NCBI RefSeq assembly: GCF_964213995.1
Contig: NW_027590142.1
Coordinates: forward strand, 372,001 to 436,000
Direction of reading: 5' to 3'
Length of the DNA stretch: 64,000 nt
From: Mustelus asterias
Taxonomy: Eukaryota
Shown here in pieces: positions 1 to 12,335 of the stretch. Every line of letters starts with the position of its first letter. The stretch's first letter is position 1. The translations under genes and the position numbers were made by a program. The notes beneath the pieces were generated by a model. That model searched no databases. It was given only the letters and a program-made list of their open reading frames with translations, and was not told where the DNA came from.

Positions 1-26
1 CATATTTAAGCAAAGTCTTTCTCTGA

Positions 27-64
27 GGTTTTTGTATGAGGATGTCGCTGTGCTCAGCACTGTG
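27..64 (-). other. 22-spacer RSS on the 3' side of the D segment
   Basis: Minus-strand CACAGTG (58-64), 22-nt spacer (36-57), perfect ACAAAAACC (27-35). Confidence 0.95.
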
Positions 65-78
65 ACCCACTGCTGTAT
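65..78 (-). other. IGHD: Ig heavy-chain D segment (shark D1 type), coding ATACAGCAGTGGGT
   Basis: 14 nt flanked by two canonical RSSs. The 12/22 spacer configuration and the ...CAGTGGGT sequence resemble the first D of shark IgM clusters. Lies ~400 bp downstream of the VH. Confidence 0.93.
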
Positions 79-106
79 CACAGTGACACACACCCACACA
101 AAAACT
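79..106 (+). other. 12-RSS on the V-facing (5') side of the D segment
   Basis: CACAGTG 79-85, 12-nt spacer 86-97, ACAAAAACT 98-106. Confidence 0.95.
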
Positions 107-453
107 GCACTCACTCTGTTCAGTACTGCCGCTCAATATTCACTTCAAATGGACCATTAGTTCTGCTCTAATTTAAAATGCATGCAACTGTTTATATAAC
201 ACAATCTATCAGAAATATTAAAATGAGTAATATGTCCAGTGATGTACTTGCTGAAACTACAACAAATATAAAGTCAGTGAAAAGCTCACCCCGTTAGAGT
301 GGTGAGTTTGTTAAATTTTACTGTTAAATGCTTTCTTTGTTACTTCTTTTAAACACGATTATGGTTTGGTTCTGACCACTGTCGTTAATATTACATTTAA
401 AACAGATACTTACCTTCAGGTTATGATGGAAGTTGCTGAATTCCCTCTCGAGC

Positions 454-492
454 TGTTCTTGTTCGGGTGCAGCCCTGGTTCCTCTCGCTGTG
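454..492 (-). other. 23-RSS of the VH gene
   Basis: CACAGCG (486-492), 23-nt spacer (463-485), ACAAGAACA (454-462), directly after YYCAR. Confidence 0.92.
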
Positions 493-797
493 GTGTCTTG
501 CACAGTAATAGATGGCCGTGTCTTCAATCTTCAGGCTCTTCATGTCCAAAGCGAAGATGCTGCTTGAAAGGTCTTTGGACGCAGTAAATCGGCCCTGAAT
601 CCCGGAGGCGTAATATTTGTTGGATGAATCGTAGTAGCTAACGAGCCACTCCAGCCCCTGTCCGGGAACCTGCCGGATCCAACCCATCCAGGTGCTGCCA
701 AGAGTCAAGCCGCTGGTTTTACAGGTCAGTTTGAGGGAGCCTCCGGGAAGCCCGGTCTCTGCCTCTGGCTGAGTCAACACAACCTCCGACTGGACAC
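493..797 (-). CDS. IGHV: IgM-type heavy-chain V exon, intact
   Basis: Acceptor TTTTACAG then [30 protein letters not shown]...[14 protein letters not shown]...RFTASKD...[10 protein letters not shown]. Both Cys and the conserved Trp present; no stops; typical shark IgM VH frameworks. Confidence 0.96.
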
Positions 798-928
798 CTG
801 TAAAAATATATCAAAAACCCCGAGGATTAATCCTGGTGAAATGATTGCTGATTCTGCAACATTCCAGAGATAGAATAACACTGAGACAGTAGCAGTCAGA
901 CTTGCACAATAAAAATAAAACTACTCAC

Positions 929-974
929 CGGATAAGAAAGTCAGCAACAAACTGAGAGAAATCGCCGACCTCAT
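929..974 (-). CDS. IGHV: Leader exon of the VH gene (MRSAISLSLLLTFLS-G)
   Basis: ATG at 974, 46 nt, phase-1 donor G|GTGAGT; 131-bp intron (798-928) splices in frame to the V exon. Confidence 0.93.
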
Positions 975-1059
975 CCTTCTGGTGATTTGGGGGAAATGGT
1001 TGTGTCAGAAAATCAATGAACAAACCAACTCCGGGACTGTTGGATTCCGGTCCCAGTGA

Positions 1060-1115
1060 GCGGCATTTAAATACCCGGCAGAAGGGGGCGGCTTTCCAGG
1101 CGTCGCCTGTTGATT
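1060..1115 (-). promoter_or_regulatory. Probable VH core promoter (TATA-like TATTTAAAT in a GC-rich patch)
   Basis: TATA-like box ~95 nt upstream of the ATG; no ATGCAAAT octamer seen, consistent with octamer-less shark VH promoters. Confidence 0.45.
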
Positions 1116-2099
1116 CCCTGCTGGAGGCGGCGACTGGTTCCACGTCCCACCTTCCACACCCCAACAGAATGGACTCCGAGATTTACAATAGGTTAATATT
1201 AAAATGGACATTTTGTCTGTGTCGGGATATTTGTTTTGCTGAACATGTTCATTGTATTGTCTCCATTATTTCTGATGGTGAATTTGCAGTTCATCATTTC
1301 TTTATTTAAAAAAATTAATTCCATTGTAAATATGGTGTTTTTATTACCACGCCCCCAAGAAGAACACAAATCTAAAAATGCTGAAATAACATTTTTGGAA
1401 AATAAGGAGACCGTCAGTCTATTTTGCAATAATTCCGAATCTCTGTCACATTACAATAATAAAGCATAATTTATCAGAAGAATTGTTATCCATTTCTGTA
1501 ACTAAATGTGGGGGATGAACAAAGTGATTCTATTTACTGTGTGGATGGCTATCACTGTACAGTTTGGGTTTGGAGATGAGAGGAAACTCTCACACAATAC
1601 AATGTTTCTCCTTATATTTGTCAAACTACCTCAATCTCGAAGACAGCCCTTTGAAAATAATAAGAATCCCGCCTTCCTGATAATTAAACAGTGAGTTGAT
1701 TGTGAAACATAAAAATAAATCGACTTTTGACAGAGAAGTTAATGAATCGGAACGGACACGGAGATCATGAAAGTTCTTCTTCAGCATCTAAATAATTGCA
1801 GCTCACTCTATCGGCCACCGGCTGTCTAACATTCCCAGGTATTGCGAACACAGGATATCAGGGCTTTGCGGCACATTGCAAATATCACAAAAATAAATGT
1901 TTTATCTTCCATTGAATCAGGTTATGAACTGATCATTTCGCCACTCATTGGCAGCTATGAGAGGAACTCTTCAATAATGGAAATCAGATTATACTGTACA
2001 ATAGAACACGGTGCAAATCAGGTACAAGAGACGCTGCTGTTTAAATGAGATACAGAACTTTCAGAATATTCCAGTAATCCCCGCTGTTCATGTTAGTTT

Positions 2100-2408
2100 T
2101 ATAGAACATAGAACAGGACAGCACAGAACAGGCCCTTCGGCCCACGATGTTGTGCCGAGCTTTATCTGAAACCAAGAGCAAGCTATCCCACTCCCTATCA
2201 TCCTGGTGTGCTCCATGTGCCTATCCAATAACCGCTTAAATATTCCTAAAGTGTCTGACTCCACTATCACTGCAGGCAGTCCATTCCACACCCCAATCAC
2301 TCTCTGCGTAAAGAACCTACCTCTGATATCCTTCCTATATCTCCCACCATGAACCCTATAGTTATTCCCCCTTGTAATAGCTCCATCCACCCGAGGAAAT
2401 AGTCTTTG
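2100..2408 (-). mobile_element. CR1 LINE 3' fragment
   Basis: Encodes RGRFFTQRVIGVWNGLP; (TTCTATG)n tail. Confidence 0.88.
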
Positions 2409-3526
2409 ATGCTCTTTTAATATTATTTCGATCATTATTCTGATCTCAATTAACAGGAGAATTCGGACCACCAACATCTCTCTCTGTCATTTCATGAAGT
2501 GGTTAATAAACAGACTTTAATTATTGGAATGACATTTACTTGGAAGTTATACAAATGAAAAATTATCTGGTCACTTTATTGTTTTGCGATACTATTTACT
2601 CACATAATGAACAGGACACTGAATGATAATATTTGATTAGAATGATTACGATTTAAAATGTGTCTTTCTTGCGGGAATGAAACATTTATTGTTTAAATGG
2701 CTGAATCCCATTTTGTCCATTTAGGTTCACGCTAATCTGCCCCACACAGTGTTTGGCAGCAATCCAGCCTGCTGTCAAATGCTCAAAGTTATTGACAGGA
2801 AGCATCTGGGGGTGTTTGTGCAGTAGATCAAAGATCTGTTTTCTCAGTACTGACTGCTTGGCTGCAAGCCAACTTCAAACCTTTCACGTTGTCAATGAGG
2901 CCTATTTATAAACAAATCTACCCAGCAACAGTACGAGAAGCATTTCAATTTTTTAAAGTTGCAAATCTAGATGAATTTTGCCATCTCTAAAGAAATAAAA
3001 GTCATGCATCTTCTCTGGCACCCTGTTAGCAACAATGATTATTTTTCCAACACATCAGGATATTGTGATAGATGGATAGAAAGGATTACAAGACAACTGA
3101 GAGATGTCTCAGAGAGATGATACATGTACATGCATGTCTGTATTTTCTTTCCCTTTGTCTTTCCATGGGATGTTTGATTGGAAAGACCAGCACTTTTTGC
3201 CTGTCCAAATTCTCGTGAATTGACTGGTTTTCTAGGCCACTTCTAAAAATATTAAAGAGTAGGCTATTTTGCTGTCCACCTGGAGGCACATCCTTGGGAG
3301 ACCAGGTAGCGATGGCAGATTGGCTCCATTGGGGAATCAAAGATGTTCTAACGGTCGCCATTATTATCTATTCCAGATTTATGAATTGAATTCAAATTCT
3401 ACCAGCTGCAATGGCGCGATTTAAATCCCTGTCCTCACATCATTGTCCTGGGCCTCTGGGTCACTGGATCCATTAAATTAATATTATGTCACAATCTACG
3501 CAAACAATAATTGTTTTACTGTGTTG

Positions 3527-4005
3527 ATAGAGTCATAGAGTCATAGCGTCATAGAGGTTTACTGCATGGAAACAGGCCCTTCGGCCCAACTTGTCCAAGC
3601 CGCACTTTTTTAAAACCCCTGAGCTAATCCCAATTGCCCGCATTTGGCCAATATCCCTCTATGCCCATCGTACCCATGTAACTATCTAAATGCTTTTTAA
3701 AAGACAGAATTGTACCCGCCTCTACAACTACCTCTGGCAGCTTGTTCCAGACACTCACCACCCACTGTGTGAAAAAAATGCCCCTCTGGACACTTTTGTA
3801 TCTCTCCCCTCTCACCTTAAACCTATGACCTCTAGTTTTAGACTCCCCTACATTTGGGAAAAGATATTTACTATCTAGCTGATCTGTGCCCCTCATTATT
3901 TTAAAGATCTCTCTAAGATCACCCCAAAGCCTCCTACACTTCAGAGAAAAAAGTCCCTGTCTATCCAGCCTCTCCTTCTAACTCAGTCGAGCAAGTCCCG
4001 GTAGC
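3527..4005 (-). mobile_element. CR1 LINE 3' fragment
   Basis: TRGHRFKVRG...FFTQWVVSVWNKLP; (GACTCTAT)n tail. Confidence 0.88.
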
Positions 4006-4939
4006 TGCATGCCTTTCCTTTCTTTAGAGATGAGAAATGTCATTCAATCCTGCATCAGGAATGAATGACATTTCAATGAATGATGTTTGGATGAATGACA
4101 GTTTGATGCCTGAATACTTTGATTGAGAAACCAATGAATGGATTGATGGATGCATTGATAGATGGCATTGAAAGATGCTGTTCTGCATTCCCATATTTGT
4201 GTTTGATTATTTCATGAATTGAATCAGCTCCTTTATTCCATTTGCGTCACTCTAATACCTCCAATTCTTCCAGAATGTCTGGGTGAAATCCATCCCGAGT
4301 TTATCGGGAGTTAGCAAGCTGATCCTCACGAAGAGAAGGACGAGATTTTCCTGCGGCTCGGATGGTTCATTTCTCTGCTGATGCTGAATCTTCATATCCA
4401 AGATAAAAAGAGGGAACATGGTTAGGCTGAGGAGGGAGAATTGTAATATTTGAAACATGTGGCTCTTCCACGTGCAACAAATCACTCAACATGCCCTCAC
4501 CCAAATTAGTGAAGGTAACAGGGTGAAAAGTAAATAAGGTAGCCACAAAAATATTGTGAGACTCACTGGACAACTACGAGTGTTACATTACTTCCCAAAA
4601 CAGTGTAACAGTGTAATAATGAATCGGGTTTTAAGGATTCAGTAACTTCACATGAGGTACAGGGAGTTTCATTTTTATCATCACTTTGAAAATCATCACA
4701 CACTCCAGCTATGTATCAGGACATTCTGTGTGATGATAAGGTGATAACTTGTCAATGAAGCGCAGAGGCTGCTGGGTGGCTGTTCATTATCCTCGGTCTG
4801 AATTAATTCAATTCCCCACTGAATTCTGGGACAGATTTTATTCCTTGGTGACAAAAAGGCCAAGAAAGTGTCAATAAATGTTAATATCAATATATCATAC
4901 GAAGCAAATTACAATTGTATGTTGTATAGAATGAAATAC

Positions 4940-5475
4940 TGAAAACAAACAGAAAATGCTGGAAAATCGCAGCAGGTCTGACAGCATCTGTGGAGACAGA
5001 ATAGAGCCAACGTTTCGAGTCTGGATGACGCTTCGGCAGAGTATTCCTGATGCGTTGGAGAGATCATCATTGTTTCGAACAAAGTGTCAGAGAAGCTGCA
5101 TAACTTTCCTGTGAGATGGGAATATTTTAAGTAGTTACTGTTTAATGATATACACTACTTCGAGACACACACAAGTTACATCAATTCACATATCGATCCC
5201 AAATATCATAATCAACTTCTCCATCCTAACTAACCTAATCAACGCCTCAATCACGAACTATATCCTAAAAAAAAACTTCCTAATCCCTATCCACGCTCAT
5301 CATTTCCCAATTTCATCATCCTCTTCAAATTTCTCCAAATAAAAAAGGGCCATCCTGACTCAAAACGTTGGCTCTATTCTCTCTCCCCAGATGCTGTCAG
5401 GCCTGTTGAGATTTTCCAGAATTTATTGTTTTTGTTTCAGTTTCCAGAATCCGTAGTATTTTGCTTTTTTCAATA
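4940..5475. mobile_element. Penelope-like inverted-end insertion enclosing ~300 bp of other sequence
   Basis: 4940-5040 and 5345-5440 are inverted copies of the same terminus found at 13078-13305; the block is absent from the paralogous site at ~17435. Confidence 0.65.
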
Positions 5476-5924
5476 TGCTGAATATAATTGGTGAAATAAT
5501 TGTTTATCGGTATGAATTGATGATAATTGGTGAACTGGAAAAACCCCACCTGGAAGTTCCACTCCAAGACACTCATCAACCTGAATTGAACATATATTAC
5601 CGTTCCTATACTGTCGGTGGGTCGGAATTCATGAGCACTCTCCCTAACAGCACTATGGAAGTACCTACACTGCAGGTTTTGCAGCGGTTCAAGAAGGCGG
5701 CTCAACACCAATTTACCGAATAGTTAGCAATGTGGAATAAATGCTGCACTAGATACTGTCGCCCGCCTTCCATAAAGTAATGTTAAATATACTAATCTTT
5801 GTGAATGAATGAGAACTGGTGAATGCATTTAATAAATTGTGAATGGAAGATCATTGGTGAAAATAATTACTATTTTTCTGAACATTTATGACATTCTCCT
5901 TATCTGCTGGAAGATTTAATGTTT

Positions 5925-6222
5925 GAAGTTTATTTATTAATGTCACAAGTCGGCTTACATTAACACTGTAATGAAGTTACTGTGAAAATCCCCGAGTCGT
6001 CACATTGCGGTGTCGGTTCGGGTACACTGAGGGGGAATTTAGCCTGGCCGTGCACCTTACCTGCATGTCCCTTCGGACTGTGGGAGGAAACTGGAGCACC
6101 CAGAGGAAATCCGCGCATACACGAAAAATGTGCTGACTCCGCACAGACACTGACCCAAGCTGGGAACCAAACCTGTGGCCCTGGTGATGTGAGGCAACAG
6201 AGCTAACCACTGTGCCACCCTG
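5925..6222 (-). mobile_element. tRNA-derived V-SINE (HE1-like)
   Basis: GGCACAGTGGTTAGC A-box head, central V-domain-like GGGTGCTCC..TTTCCTCCCACAGTC, AATAAATAAAC tail. Confidence 0.85.
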
Positions 6223-6929
6223 CCACCCACCATTCCACAAGAGATGTATGATTCAAATTCATCACACTTTTTGCAAAGTAAGTCAATGGAAGAGAATGCT
6301 CCAGCTACAGACATATCTCAGTCATGGCATCACGGGAAAGATATTTGCTGGGGTCACACTTGGAAAACACCATCTGCTTGCAGACCGGGTGCTCCTGATG
6401 TGCAGTGTAGTGACTTTGTTGGAACAGTTACTCCAGCCAACAACTTCTCCATGTTCCATATGTGTCCATTTCTTTAACATACTTTGGTCAATCTCGCAAA
6501 GACATTCAACACCGTCAGCACGGCAAAGACTACAGGATTTTGGTGATAACTGGCTCTACACCAAAGTTCCTAATATCCATTCATAATACAAAAACGATAA
6601 CACGCAATGACAAATGGTAGCTTCATGGGCAGAACTTGTGGCAGAACTAACCTTTCAAAAATTGTCCTCCTCAATCATCAGAAAAGGTAACATATGTAAA
6701 GGAAGCCAATCTGAATTGGATGTGTTTATTGTGCGTCCAACATGTACTGTAAATGGAAGAATGCAAGTGATCATTTTGAAATTAATTTTTATAAACATGA
6801 TATATTTCACAAAACACACGCACAGCAAGATGCTCAATTTTTGTTCCGCCAGGATCACTCGATTCCAGAAATGATTTAAAATGAGTCCAAATATAGACAC
6901 AAATTTTAAATTAAAAGGTGAATAGAGAG

Positions 6930-7760
6930 TGCGTGCCCTTGACATCGACACAGCAATTGACCGTTTGGAGCATCAAGGAACCCGAGCGAAACTGCAGTTA
7001 ATGGGAATGAGGGGGGGAAAACAGTCCACTGGCTGGAGCACAAAGGAAGATGGTTGTTGTTGTTAATGGTTAATCATCTCAGTCACAGGGCTCTGCAGGA
7101 ATTCTTCAGCTTAGTGACCTAGCCCCAAGATTCAGCCATCATCAAAGTTTACATGTGGGATGTTCACTGATGATTGAACAAAGTTCAGCACCAGTTCCGA
7201 CTCCTCAGGTACTGACACAGTCTGTGTCTATATGAAGCAAGACTTAGAAAACATTCAGTCTTGGGCTAATGAGTGGCAAGTAACACTAATGCCACACAAG
7301 TGGCAGGCAACGACCCTCTCCAACAAGGGAGATTCCAACCATCTCCCTTTCCCTCACTATCAACATCCTGGGCATTATGCTTCGTGAAAATCTGAACTGG
7401 AACAGGCAGTTAAATCATGTGGCTGCAACAGCAGGTCTGATGCCAGGAGTTCTGCAGCGATCAGCTCACCACCTGACTTCCCAAACCCCATCCATCATCT
7501 ACAACGCAAAAGTCAGGAGTATGAACAAAGAACAAAGAACAGTCCAGCACATGACAGGCCCTTCTGCCCACCAAGTCTGTTCCAACACAGATGATTGAAT
7601 ATTCTCTACCTGCCTAACTTGTGCCACTCAAAAAGCTCAATGCCATTCTGGAAAAAGTAGCTGTCTCGAAGAACACCCCACCCACCAACTTCCCAAAGCT
7701 TGCCACCACATTCTCAAAGGAAATTAGGGTTTGGTAACAAAAGTTGACTTTACATAAGTG
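6930..7760 (+). mobile_element. Old degraded CR1/L2-group LINE fragment
   Basis: Decayed RT-like motifs (CTTGACATC...GACCGTTTGGAGCATCAAGG); related pieces at ~18470-18870, ~37960-39790 and ~60830-61270. Confidence 0.6.
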
Positions 7761-7799
7761 GCGCCAAAATCTCATGAAATAATTTTAAACATATCATAT

Positions 7800-9550
7800 C
7801 CCTGCTTATATTCAACTCGCCTCTGACCCTGTCTGTATTGCACCAGGCTCTACCTGGATCACATTCCATGAGGTCCTATCTAAGTTTTTTTCCTGAACTC
7901 GGCTCAATTTGAGGTGTTCATATACGAGGCACAGGCCCTGTTAATATTATAATTTCTAAGTTATAGCTGCACTGAGCCAGTTCTCTTCTAATCTGACAAG
8001 AGGCCGTGTCTTAATTCTTACTGCCTCAGGACATTTAACACTGTATACTAAACTGGAAATACTGTCTTCATGCATTACACATGGTACTGTCACATTTATT
8101 ATGCTAATAGTTCATTAGATTTTAATAGTTTGGGTCTTGTTTAAGTTAATGCTTCACCAGTCCATGTATTTGATTATTTAAGACTGTCATGTCTCAGTTT
8201 CATTGTACGTTGCAATACGTCCTAATAGCTGCATTGTCCGAATCACAGTGTGTATCAGTCTAGGTCCTGCATCAACAATTACCACGAATAAAATGGGCTC
8301 TGTCTCAGTTTATATCATTCTAGGTACTGTATCAGTAATTATCACTAACACACTGGACTCTGTCTCGGTTTAAACCTGTCTCAGTCATGTATCAGTAGAC
8401 ATTACTAATGCACTTGGCTCCATCTCAGTTCAGACAAGTCTCGCTCCAGTATCATTAATTACTCGGCTCTGTCTCAATTCATATCACACAAGCTCCTATA
8501 TCCAGTGGAACTGCGCTAGACACTGTCTCCGTTTGCTTTTCCTTGACAATGTCATAAGTATTTTTTTAATGTTTCTATCATGGGATGTGGGTGTTATTGG
8601 AAATACCAGTATTTGATATTTGACCATCCCCACATGGCACTCGGCACTAACTCATTTCTATTTTATTGGATCAGGCCCCTGTTTATATTAAAATACAGTC
8701 TGGCTCTGTTACTCTGCTAGACCAGAACTCAGTTTATATTGCACTGGACACTCTCTCTGGATATTTAATATTTGATACTGACCCTGTATATATTTCACTA
8801 GACTGTGTCAGTGTTATTCCTGCACTTAACTATGTCTCTGTTTGAGTTATGTCTGTATTACTACACGGTTCTGCGAGAAGAAGAGATAACATATTGGGAT
8901 AAAAACATTGCTTTCAGGCAGGATCCAGAAACGGGCAGTATTGGATCGACAGTATTTGGTTGGTGCAGTCTTGGAGGGCCGACGGGCCTTTTCCTGTGCT
9001 GTAATTTTCTTTCTTTTTTGTTCTTTGTTGACAGTGCATGCTGCACAGGGCTTGGTATCCATTTTCAATGCAGTCAGCAGAAGTAGACTTCAGATATCTC
9101 TTCTTCTTTTCCAGTGCCCAAAACCTCATAGAGTTTGCACATGCAGAAAGATGCAGAGAATTGTGTTCCCCCAACCAACTTCATCATTACTGGCATTGAC
9201 CGGTGCAGTAAAAACTGAGACTATGTCCAATGCAATATAAACGTGGACACGATCAATTGCAGAAATGAGATTGCATCTAGTTTGATACAAGCAGAGACAG
9301 ACCTAAATTAATGTAAACGGAGACAACGTCTCGCTTAATATAAACAGAAACATGGTGATGTATAATATAAACAGGGTCAGCCTCTAGTTTAGTATAAACA
9401 GATAAAACATCCAGTTTAATATGAGTAGAGACAGGCAATATAGAATTCTACGTGCAATATAAAAAGAGTTAAGGTCTAGTGAAAAATAAACAAAGGCATG
9501 GCCTCATAATATAAGCTGACACAGGGGAAATTTACTGTAATATAAAGGGA
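7800..9550. repeat. Degenerate ~27-29-bp minisatellite arrays in opposite orientations around a unique core
   Basis: Unit resembling TCTAGTGTAATATAAACAGAGACACGG on + at ~9210-9550 and its reverse complement at ~7800-8850. Confidence 0.6.
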
Positions 9551-9584
9551 CTGCTTCAGTCCCCATGAAATTTGTAGAGACGGC

Positions 9585-10120
9585 CGACTGTCCCATCAAA
9601 AACTTACAGGACAGGAGGAACATGGGGTTAGCTGCAGAATGCAAAGTTCCCTCTGCATTGCCAAATTAAACACTCCCAAGGCAGAAATAGCATGAGTTAG
9701 ATACAAGTGAATCTCCCTCTACACTATCCAAACCAAACACTCCCAGAACAGTATACTGTCTGGAAACAGAATGAAACTCCCTCTATAAAGTCTGCTCAAA
9801 CAAAATGAAGGCAGAAAGAGTATGGACTCTCTTATAGATAAAATCTCTTCTGCACTCTTCCATTAGAGATTCGGGAGGCAGGTTTGCATTAGTGTTAGTT
9901 ACAGGGGAAAGACCGTCTACACAGTTCCATAAAACACACCCAGGTCAGGTACAGCAGAGATTAGATACGGATTAAATCTTCCTTGACAAAGTCATATCAA
10001 ACATTCAAAAGGCAGGTACAGTGAGTTTAGATGCAGAGTAAATATTCCTCGACACTGTCCAGTCAAATACTCCAAGGACAGGGACAGCACCGACTAAATA
10101 TAGGGAAAGATCCTTCGATA
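9585..10120 (+). repeat. Degenerate ~65-bp tandem repeat
   Basis: About 8 units like TTAGATACAGAGTAAATCTCCCTCTACACTGTCC..TCAAACACTCCCAGG.CAGGTACAGCA; inverted copy at ~35850-36120. Confidence 0.75.
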
Positions 10121-10121
10121 C

Positions 10122-10898
10122 TTTGGAAAAAAGAATAGAGGCATGGACTATTTTCTAAACGGTAACAAAATTCATAATGCTAAAGTGCAAAGGGACTTGG
10201 GAGTCCTAGTCCAGGATTCTCTAAAGGTAAACTTGCAGGTTGAGTCCGTAATTAAGAAAGCAAATGTAATGTTGTCATTTATCTCAAGAGGCTTGGAATA
10301 CAAAAGCAGGGATGTACTTCTGAGGCTTTATAAAGCACTGGTTAGGCCCCATTTGGAGTACCGTGAGCAATTTTGGGCTCCACACCTCAGGAAGGACATA
10401 CTGGCACTGGAGCGCGTCCAGCGGAGATTCACACGGATGATCCCAGGAATGGTAGACCTGACATACGATGAACGTCTGAGGATCGTGGGATTATATTCAT
10501 TGGAGTTTAGGAGGTTGAGGGGAGATCTAATAGAAACTTACAAGCTAATGAACGGCTTAGATAGGATGGACGTAGGGAAGTTGTTTCCATTAGCAGGGGA
10601 GACTAGGACGCGGGGGCACAGCCTTAGAATAAAAGGGAGTCACTTTAGAACAGAGATGAGGAGAAATTTCTTCAGCCAGAGAGTGGTAGGTCTGTGGAAT
10701 TCATTGCCACAGAAGGCTGTGGAGGCCGAGACGTTGAGCGTCTTCAAGACAGAAATTGATAAATTCTTGATTTCTCGAGGAATTAAGGGCTATGGGGAGA
10801 GAGCGGGTAAATGGAGTTGAAATCAACCATGATTGAATGGTGGAGTGGACTCGATGGGCCGAATGGCCTTACTTCCGCTCCTATGTCTTATGGTCTTA
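10122..10898 (+). mobile_element. CR1 LINE, 5'-truncated (RT C-terminus)
   Basis: ORF 10143-10820 with LVRPHLEY, RRLRGDLIETYK, FFSQRVV; (TCTTATGG)n tail. Confidence 0.92.
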
Positions 10899-11856
10899 TG
10901 GATACTGCCACATCGAATCCTTATCACTAGATACATCTCTATTAGATACAAAAAAAAATGTCTCAAGCATTTCCAGATCACAGGATGCTCAAGAGATCTT
11001 TTAGAGTAAATCTCACTCACGGATCCAATTTATTGAATTACATTCTTTTAGAAGCCTATAACTCTGGCGGAGAGAATACATTGGGCAGACACTGACTTTA
11101 AACTGTGGAGTGAAGACGATGAACCATCGTGGAGAGACAAGATACAAAACCAAAAAAGAGAAAGACAGAGAAAGAGATGAAACACAGGAAATTTCTACGA
11201 ACACATTTGCCGTGTTATTATATTTCGGGATCAGAGGAATTATTTCCTAATTCTGCACATAGATATCATCATGATGTTTTTCTTCACATAACTGATGAAT
11301 AAATAATGTTGAAAAACAACCATTACTGGGATCCGTTAATTGATTTGCATGGTTGTCTCTATTTCTGTGCTGTCTTCGTGGGGAAATATTTGTTGTGTTT
11401 TTGTCAGTCAACAATCTAATTTGGAATTTCTATTTTTGTATTTATTTACATAAACACCTCACTGGTTACAATGAAATGTCCATGACAGCAAAACCAGATA
11501 AACCGTCATTTATTGATAAGTTTCAACTCAAAATAGAGGTTTATTTTAAGAATATTAACAGTTGGTCCAAAATGATTAGAAACGTTTTGAACATTCATTA
11601 CACCAGTTGTATTTAATTAAAAGAAAATGAAAAATTCCATTTCAGAATTAGTTCTGTAAGTTCTGATGTCACAATTAGTAAAGCATCTGTGAACAGGCAG
11701 ATATTAATTTGATTGAGCATTTAATATGTTTAAACTAGATAAGTTAAAACGAAGAAACAGATCTGATGTCTGAAGTATTCCTGTCACAGATAGTGATCAC
11801 ACTCACACAAGGGAAGAATAAAAAATCCAGTGTGGTTATCAATGAGAGATACAATT

Positions 11857-12335
11857 AGCTTTGCTGCCTCACAGCGACAGAGAAGCGCGTTCGATTCCAA
11901 CCTCAGGTGACTGTGTGTGGTTTCCACATTCTACCCATATCCATGTGAGTTTCCTCCGAGTGCTCCAGTTTCCTTCCACAGTCCAAGGATGTGCAGGTTA
12001 GGTGGATTGGCTATGATAAATTGCCCCTTAGCGTCCAATGATGTGCAACTTAGAATCATAGAATCCCTACAGTGCAGAAGGAGACCATTCGGTTCATCAA
12101 GTCTGCACCAGCTATCCAGCAAAGCATCCTTCCCAGGCCCAAGGTGGATTATCTATGCTAAATTTCCTGTTAGTGTCCAATGATATGTCGGTTAGGGGTA
12201 TTAGCCTGTGAATATGTGTTGTTGTCGGGATAGGGTGAAGGCTGGGCCCAGGTAGGATGCTCTGCTGGAGAACCACTGCAGACTTGTTGGACCGAATGGC
12301 CTCTTTTTGAACTGTTGGGATTCTATGATTTTATG
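11857..12335 (+). mobile_element. V-SINE with an inserted inverted SINE 3' piece
   Basis: SINE body plus inverted AGAATCATAGAATCCCTACAG segment at ~12050-12140. Confidence 0.75.

Noticed and set aside
2740-2790. CACAGTG heptamer upstream of VH
   Set aside because: No credible nonamer at 12 or 22/23 spacing; heptamer altered in the paralog
9585-10120. Regularly spaced repeats resembling a CRISPR array
   Set aside because: Whole units are homologous (no unique spacers) and the DNA is vertebrate
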